Source: an uncultured beta proteobacterium (GTDB lineage Bacteria > Pseudomonadota > Gammaproteobacteria > Burkholderiales > SG8-39). From it: DNA of 64,000 nt. This document shows positions 58,794 to 64,000 of the stretch, in pieces; within the stretch, counting starts at the first letter, position 1, and each line of letters begins with the position of its first letter. Position numbers and translations under genes: made by a program. The DNA is taken from contig CAVWFR010000047.1 in NCBI GenBank assembly GCA_963754305.1, forward strand, positions 35,667-99,666, given 5' to 3'. The notes beneath the pieces are model-generated. The model was not told the origin of the DNA. It worked only from the letters and a program-made list of their open reading frames with translations, and searched no databases.

Positions 58794-59675
58794 ATGTTGC
58801 GTTTCGGTATCGACCTCGGTGGCACCAAGACCGAGGGCGTGATCCTCGATGGCGCCGGGCGCGAAGCGTTCCGCGAGCGCGTCCCGACCGATCCCGCCAG
58901 TTACGAAACCGTCGTCGGCGGGATCGAACGGCTGTACCGCAGGATGGCCCGCGAGACCGATGACGCACCGCACACGCTCGGACTGGCGACGCCGGGTGCC
59001 GTGTCCTCGCGCACCGGTCTACTCAAGAACTCCAACACGACCTGCCTGAACGGCACGCCGATCGCGCGCGAACTGCGCACTCGTTTGGGGCGCGAGCTCG
59101 CCATCGAGAACGACGCCAACTGCTTCGCCCTCGCAGAAGCGCTTCACGGCGCGGGCCTGGGCGAGCGCGTCGTGTTCGGCGTGATCATGGGCACCGGGTG
59201 CGGCGGCGGGATCGTCATCGACGGCAAGGTTCACGGCGGCCGGCAGTCGATTGCAGGCGAGTGGGGGCACATGTCGATCGACCCGGCGGGCCCGGCTTGC
59301 TACTGCGGCGCCCGCGGGTGCGTGGAGACTTTCATCAGCGGTTCTGGGCTGGAGAGCTGCTATGCAGTCCGCTTCGGGCAGCCTCGCACCGCGGACGCGA
59401 TTGTCGCCGGATGGCGCGCCGGCGACGCGCGCGCGGCGGCGGTGATGGACGACTTCTTTGCCCGCTTCGGCCAGGCGCTGGCGAACCTGATCGCGGTGCT
59501 CGACCCGGACGTCGTCGTGCTGGGTGGCGGCCTGTCGAATGTCGACGAGCTCTACACGCGCGGCGTCGAAGAGGTGCGCCGCCGCGTCTTCAGCGACTCG
59601 CTCGAGACGCCGATCGTGAAGCACCGGCTCGGTGACTCGGCGGGGGTGATCGGCGCCGCGCTCGTGGGAGTCTAG
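58794..59675 (+). CDS. ROK-family sugar kinase (N-acetylglucosamine/fructo-kinase-like)
   Basis: MLRFGIDLGGTKTE, ENDANCFALAE, and the zinc motif GHMSIDPAGPACYCGARGCVE. Confidence 0.85.
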   Translation: MLRFGIDLGGTKTEGVILDGAGREAFRERVPTDPASYETVVGGIERLYRRMARETDDAPHTLGLATPGAVSSRTGLLKNSNTTCLNGTPIARELRTRLGRELAIENDANCFALAEALHGAGLGERVVFGVIMGTGCGGGIVIDGKVHGGRQSIAGEWGHMSIDPAGPACYCGARGCVETFISGSGLESCYAVRFGQPRTADAIVAGWRAGDARAAAVMDDFFARFGQALANLIAVLDPDVVVLGGGLSNVDELYTRGVEEVRRRVFSDSLETPIVKHRLGDSAGVIGAALVGV

Positions 59676-59950
59676 GTACGCCGGTCGTCTGATCGCCGTC
59701 ACGCTCGGCGGGTTGGCCGCCGCGTCCAATCCGGAGCGGCGTGCTCCCTTCCGTCGCGGGCGACGGTGATCAGTTCTTGCCCGCGCCGACTTCCGGTTGC
59801 CGCGGAGCCCTGTTGCGGGGTCGTGCCGCAGGTCTCTCCACACCCATAACGCCCAAGGGGCGCATGGTCAGTGCTCCCGTTCGGCCGGAGCGTGCACTCA
59901 CATTTGGTAACGACGCGATGTAGGTCCCTGATCAAGCCCCTGAATATTAG

Positions 59951-59994
59951 TTGACTGACCAGTCAGTAATAATCTACATTACTGACCAGTCAGT
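59951..59994 (+). promoter_or_regulatory. Candidate promoter with two identical palindromic operators for the TetR/efflux operon
   Basis: ACTGACCAGTCAGT occurs at 59954-59967 and 59981-59994 (6-bp arms ACTGAC/GTCAGT). It overlaps TTGACT (59951-59956), an 18-nt spacer and TACATT (59975-59980). Confidence 0.6.
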
Positions 59995-60007
59995 CAGTCG
60001 AACGGTC

Positions 60008-60655
60008 ATGGACGAGACTCAACACCTCAAGAACGAACCGCGCTTCGAGCGCCGTAAGGACGCACGTCCGAGCGAGCTCACGGCCGCGGCGCTCGAGCTC
60101 TTCGTGGAGAAGGGGTTCGCGGCTACCCGCCTCGAGGACATCGCCGCGCGCGCCGGCGTGTCGAAGGGGACGCTTTACCTCTATTTCGACAGCAAGGAGG
60201 AGCTCTTCAAGGCAGTGATCCGCGGCGGCATCGTGCCCGCGATCAGCGACGCCGAGGCGCTCATCGACAAGTTCGAGGGGAGCGCCGCCGACCTGCTGTG
60301 CTCCATCGTCGCCGGCTGGTACAAGCTGATCGGTTCGACCCCGCTCGGCGGGATCCCGAAGCTGATGCTCGCCGAAGCACGCAACTTCCCGGAGATCGCG
60401 CAGTTCTATCACGACGAGGTCGTCGCACGCGGCTTGCGGATGATGAGCCGCGCGCTCAAGCGCGGCATCGACAGCGGCGAGTTCCGGGCGGTCGACCTCG
60501 ACCACGCGGTGCAGGTGATGATGGCGCCGCTCATCCACTTCGCACTGTGGCGCTATTCGTTCGCGCCATGCGCGCCGAAAAATCTGGATCCCCAGCGCTA
60601 TCTCGAGAGCTATCTCGAGATCCTCATCGACGGCCTGAAGGCGCGCGGTCGGTAG
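60008..60655 (+). CDS. TetR/AcrR family transcriptional repressor
   Basis: Start at MDETQHLKNE. HTH: LTAAALELFVEKGFAATRLEDIAARAGVSKGTLYLYFDSKEELF. The track ORF start at 59951 reads through the operator repeats. Confidence 0.9.
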   Translation: MDETQHLKNEPRFERRKDARPSELTAAALELFVEKGFAATRLEDIAARAGVSKGTLYLYFDSKEELFKAVIRGGIVPAISDAEALIDKFEGSAADLLCSIVAGWYKLIGSTPLGGIPKLMLAEARNFPEIAQFYHDEVVARGLRMMSRALKRGIDSGEFRAVDLDHAVQVMMAPLIHFALWRYSFAPCAPKNLDPQRYLESYLEILIDGLKARGR

Positions 60656-60686
60656 CGGCGCGAGAACCACCGAGCAGGAGCCCGAC

Positions 60687-61817
60687 ATGCAAGCAACCCG
60701 AATCCTCGCCGCAACGTTCGCCGGCGCCGCGCTGTTGGCGGGCTGCTCCAAGCAGGAAGTTGCGGCGCCCGCGCCGCGCGCGGTGATCGCGCAGGTCGTC
60801 GGCGCGAAGGCGGCGGCGAGCGCCCACGTCTACTCCGGCGAGGTGCGCGCGCGTTATGAGAACGACCTCGCTTTCCGGGTCGGCGGCAAGGTGGTCGTGC
60901 GCCTCGTGGACGTCGGCGCGACGGTGAAGAAGGGTCAGAGCCTTGCGCGCCTAGATCCGCAGGATGCACAGCTCGGCGTGGAGTCGGCGCGCTCGCAGCT
61001 CGCCGCGGCGCAGGCCGACCACGCGCTCGCCAAGACCGAGGTCGATCGCTATCGGGATCTGTACGGGAAGAAATTCGTGAGCCAGGCGGTGCTCGACGGG
61101 CGCGAGACGACCTTCAACACCACCAAGGCCCGCCTCGAGCAGGCGCAGGCGCAGCTCGCCACAGCGCACAACCAGTCTTCCTACACCTCGCTCGTCGCCG
61201 AGGCGGACGGCATCATCACGACGGTCAACGTTGAGGCCGGTCAGGTGGTCACCGCCAGCCAGCCGGTGATGCGGTTCGCCAGGCCCGAGGAGAAGGAAGT
61301 CGCGATCAGCGTGCCTGAGAGCCGGCTCGGCGAGCTGCGCAGTGCGCGCGAGATCCTGGTCGCGGTGCTCGCCGCGCCCGACAAGCCGTACCTCGGCCGG
61401 GTGCGCGAGATCGCGCCCAACGCCGATCCGGTGACCCGCACCTTTGCGGCCAAGATCAGCGTGATCGATCCCGACGCCGCGGTGCAGCTCGGCATGACCG
61501 CGAACGTCGTGCTCGGCGACCGCCCGGGCGCCGATGCAATGACGATTCCGCTCACCGCGTTGACGCAGGTGGACGGGAAGCACGCCGTGTGGGTCGTGGA
61601 TCCGAACACGAGCACGGTGAACCTGCGGCCGGTCGCGATCGGTGCCTATCGTGAGGACGGCGTGGTCGTCCGCGACGGCCTGAAGTCCGGCGAGGTCGTG
61701 GTCACCGCCGGCGTGCACAAGCTGCTCGCCGGCGAGACCGTGCGGGTCGTGAGCGAGACGCTGGCCAGCCCGCGCTCGCAGCAGGCACTGGACGCCGCGC
61801 TGCGGCCGGGCAGCTGA
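60687..61817 (+). CDS. RND efflux periplasmic adaptor (membrane fusion protein), lipoprotein
   Basis: Lipobox LLAGCS. YSGEVRARYENDLAFRVGGKV.., a coiled-coil hairpin region, and a C-terminal GLKSGEVVVTAGVHKL. Confidence 0.9.
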   Translation: MQATRILAATFAGAALLAGCSKQEVAAPAPRAVIAQVVGAKAAASAHVYSGEVRARYENDLAFRVGGKVVVRLVDVGATVKKGQSLARLDPQDAQLGVESARSQLAAAQADHALAKTEVDRYRDLYGKKFVSQAVLDGRETTFNTTKARLEQAQAQLATAHNQSSYTSLVAEADGIITTVNVEAGQVVTASQPVMRFARPEEKEVAISVPESRLGELRSAREILVAVLAAPDKPYLGRVREIAPNADPVTRTFAAKISVIDPDAAVQLGMTANVVLGDRPGADAMTIPLTALTQVDGKHAVWVVDPNTSTVNLRPVAIGAYREDGVVVRDGLKSGEVVVTAGVHKLLAGETVRVVSETLASPRSQQALDAALRPGS

Positions 61818-61839
61818 GCGAGGCCGCGAGGAGACCGTC

Positions 61840-64000
61840 ATGAAACGCTTCAACCTGTCCGAGTGGGCGCTCGGTCACCGGAGCCTGGTGCTGTACGCGA
61901 TGATCGTGCTCGCCCTGGCGGGGATCCTCTCGTACACGAAGCTCGGGCAGTCGGAAGACCCGCCGTTCACCTTCAAGGTGATGGTGATCCGCACCGGCTG
62001 GCCGGGCGCGACCGCGCGCCAGGTCGAGGAGCAGATCACCGACAAGCTCGAGAAGAAGCTGCAGGAAACGCCGAATGTCGACGTGATCCGCAGCTACTCC
62101 AAGCCGGGCGAGTCGTTCGTCTTCTTCCAGCTCAAGGATTCGGCGCCGCCAGCGGCGGTGCCCGACACCTGGTACCAGGTGCGGAAGAAGATCGGCGACA
62201 TCCGCAACACCCTGCCCGCCGGCATCCAGGGCCCGTCGTTCAACGACGAGTTCGGCGACGTGTACGGCAACATTTACGCGCTGACCGGGGCGGGCTTTTC
62301 GTACGCCGATCTCAAGAAGTACGCCGACCGGATCCGGGCCGAGCTCCTGCGCGTGCCGGACGTCGCGAAGGTCGAGTTCTTCGGCGAGCAGGACGAGAAA
62401 ATCTTCATCGAGCTCTCGAACACCAAGCTCGCGACTCTCGGCGTCGACGTTCCGACGATCGTGAACGCGCTCGCGACTCAGAACGCGATCAATCCGTCGG
62501 GCGCGTTCGAGACGGCGAGCGACAAGATCTTCCTCCGCACCACCGGCGATTTCGATTCGGTGGAGGCGATCCGCGAGACGACGATCCGCGCCAATGGGCG
62601 GCTGTTCCGCATCGGCGACATCGCACGCGTGCAGCGCGGCTACGCCGACCCGCCGCAGCCGAAGATGCGCTTCCTGGGCCGCGAGGCGTTCGGCATCGGC
62701 GTCGCGATGGCGAAGGGCGGCGACATCATCGAGCTCGGCGCGAACCTCGACCGCGAGATCGAGCGCCTGCGGCGCGACCTCCCGGTCGGCCTGGAGCTCG
62801 CGCAGGTGACGAGCCAGCCGCAGGCGGTGCAGCGCTCGGTGAACGAGTTCGTGCGCTCGCTGGCCGAAGCGGTGCTCATCGTGCTTGCGGTGAGCCTCCT
62901 CTCGCTCGGCCTGCGGACCGGCATCATCGTCGCGCTCACGATCCCGCTCGTCCTCGCCGCGACCTTCCTCTTCATGCGCGTCGGCGACATCGGACTGCAC
63001 AAGATCTCGCTCGGTGCGCTGATCCTCGCGCTCGGCCTCCTCGTCGACGACGCGATCATCGCGGTCGAGATGATGGCGACGAAGATGGAGCAGGGGTGGG
63101 ACCGCTTGCGCGCGGCGAGCTTCACCTACGAGAGCACCGCGATGCCGATGCTCTCCGGGACGCTCGTGACCGTGGCCGGGTTTCTGCCGATCGCGACCGC
63201 GGCGTCGGCGACGGGCGAGTACACGCGCTCTATCTTCCAGGTGAGCGCGATCGCGCTCCTCGTGTCGTGGGTCGCCGCGGTGGTGTTCGTGCCGTATCTC
63301 GGCTACCAGCTGCTGCCGGATCTCGCCCAGAAAAGCGGGAAGCAGCCTGGAAAACCGGGGTGGTTCGCGCGACTGCGTGGACGGCGTACCTCCACCCCTG
63401 CCCTCCCCCGCACCGCGGCGGAGAAAGAACACGCGATATACGAGACCCCGTTCTACGGCCGCCTGCGCACCGTCGTGAGCTGGTGCGTCTCGTACCGGAA
63501 GACGGTCATCGTGGCGACGGTCGGGCTGTTCGCGCTCGCGATCTTTGCATTCCGGTTCATCCCGCAGCAGTTCTTCCCGGCCTCGAGCCGCCCCGAGCTG
63601 CTCGTTGAGCTGCGTCTGCCCGAGGGCTCGTCGTTCGCGGCGACCGAGGCGACGGTCACGCAGTTCGAACAGGTTCTTGACCGCGAGCAGGGGATCGTCA
63701 ACTACGTGAGCTATGTCGGCCAGGGCAGCCCGCGCTTCTATCTCCCGCTCGACCAGCAGCTCACGCACGCGAACTTCGCTCAGTTCGTGATCCAGACCGG
63801 CGGCATGAAGGAGCGCGAAGCCTTGCGCGCGCGGCTGATCGAGCGCTTCGACGAGGAGCTCGTGGGGTTGCGCGCGAACATCACCCGGCTCGAGAACGGC
63901 CCGCCGGTCGGCTTCCCGGTGCAGTTCCGCGTATCGGGCGAGGACATCGCGATCGTCCGCCGCAACGCCGAGCGCGTGGCGGAGGTGATGCGCGAGAACC
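61840..64000 (+). CDS. RND efflux transporter permease (AcrB/HAE-type); 3' end beyond the window
   Basis: Absent from the ORF track (no stop in the window). gaggag SD then ATG 61840. MKRFNLSEWALGHRSLVLYAMIVLALAGILSYTKLGQSEDPPFTFKVMVI.., later GLLVDDAIIAVEMM and MLSGTLVTVAGFLPIA. The 581-aa + ORF and the 688-aa - ORF in the track are off-frame shadows. Confidence 0.9.
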   Translation, partial: MKRFNLSEWALGHRSLVLYAMIVLALAGILSYTKLGQSEDPPFTFKVMVIRTGWPGATARQVEEQITDKLEKKLQETPNVDVIRSYSKPGESFVFFQLKDSAPPAAVPDTWYQVRKKIGDIRNTLPAGIQGPSFNDEFGDVYGNIYALTGAGFSYADLKKYADRIRAELLRVPDVAKVEFFGEQDEKIFIELSNTKLATLGVDVPTIVNALATQNAINPSGAFETASDKIFLRTTGDFDSVEAIRETTIRANGRLFRIGDIARVQRGYADPPQPKMRFLGREAFGIGVAMAKGGDIIELGANLDREIERLRRDLPVGLELAQVTSQPQAVQRSVNEFVRSLAEAVLIVLAVSLLSLGLRTGIIVALTIPLVLAATFLFMRVGDIGLHKISLGALILALGLLVDDAIIAVEMMATKMEQGWDRLRAASFTYESTAMPMLSGTLVTVAGFLPIATAASATGEYTRSIFQVSAIALLVSWVAAVVFVPYLGYQLLPDLAQKSGKQPGKPGWFARLRGRRTSTPALPRTAAEKEHAIYETPFYGRLRTVVSWCVSYRKTVIVATVGLFALAIFAFRFIPQQFFPASSRPELLVELRLPEGSSFAATEATVTQFEQVLDREQGIVNYVSYVGQGSPRFYLPLDQQLTHANFAQFVIQTGGMKEREALRARLIERFDEELVGLRANITRLENGPPVGFPVQFRVSGEDIAIVRRNAERVAEVMREN

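Noticed and set aside
58636-58828. An N-terminal extension of the CHRD/PEP-CTERM ORF (261-aa version).
   Set aside because: The extension precedes a clear signal peptide and overlaps the ROK kinase start region. The SD spacing favours the internal ATG at 58635.
59699-59935. Small ORFs and a CCGTCG-cggg-CGACGG hairpin (59751-59766) between the ROK kinase and the TetR promoter.
   Set aside because: The ORFs have implausible composition. The hairpin is short, without a clear U-tract, so a terminator call is not supportable.

Overview
The window is visibly GC-rich chromosomal DNA (GC not computed). Gene content looks betaproteobacterial, Burkholderiales-like. This rests on three Bug/TctC-type binding-protein genes, a glnA-DUF4124-ntrB-ntrC arrangement, a pyruvate dehydrogenase operon with a lipoyl-domain E3, and PEP-CTERM proteins; the taxonomy is inference only. 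All calls are by-eye motif reading of the supplied ORF track and the DNA; no searches were run.

Layout:
- 1-5312 (-): PDH operon aceE-aceF-(HslV-like ORF)-lpd.
- 5608-9446 (+): folD, prlC and a DUF4124/glutaredoxin-like gene.
- 9447-14890: a visibly lower-GC mosaic patch. It holds orphan small ORFs, IS3/rve remnants and other gene fragments, plus intact VOC and ald genes.
- 14891-21382: xthA, two membrane-protein genes, a TPP enzyme, an AI-2E transporter and malate synthase A.
- 21581-26670: ntrC, ntrB, DUF4124 and glnA, with a readable sigma54 promoter and two NtrC sites.
- 26796-31971: rhodanese, Bug, a frameshifted ggt, a Zn-ADH and uppP.
- 32085-34823: an ECF sigma / zinc anti-sigma pair divergent from a Tat metallophosphoesterase (frameshifted) and an orphan CuA-type cupredoxin. 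The intergenic region carries a symmetric GGAAT-N18-GTC promoter pair.
- 34925-42885: VanZ-like, a PEP-CTERM pseudogene, ceramidase-like, yidB, yceH, thiC with its TPP riboswitch, and a tannase-family esterase.
- 43150-58034: the most interesting block, a tightly coupled and apparently mosaic catabolic cluster. It encodes GntR, a Liv-type ABC transporter, Bug, an aconitase-family LeuCD-like hydratase, a KRCGH isocitrate-lyase-family lyase, an SDR, a Cys-less Asp/Glu-racemase-fold protein, MmgE/PrpD, a hydantoinase-family amidohydrolase and a split ComDE-like TPP decarboxylase.
- 58043-64000: a CHRD PEP-CTERM protein, a ROK kinase, and TetR with MFP and RND efflux genes.

No rRNA, tRNA or CRISPR was seen. 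At least five genes carry single-base frame disruptions, so the sequence quality itself needs checking.
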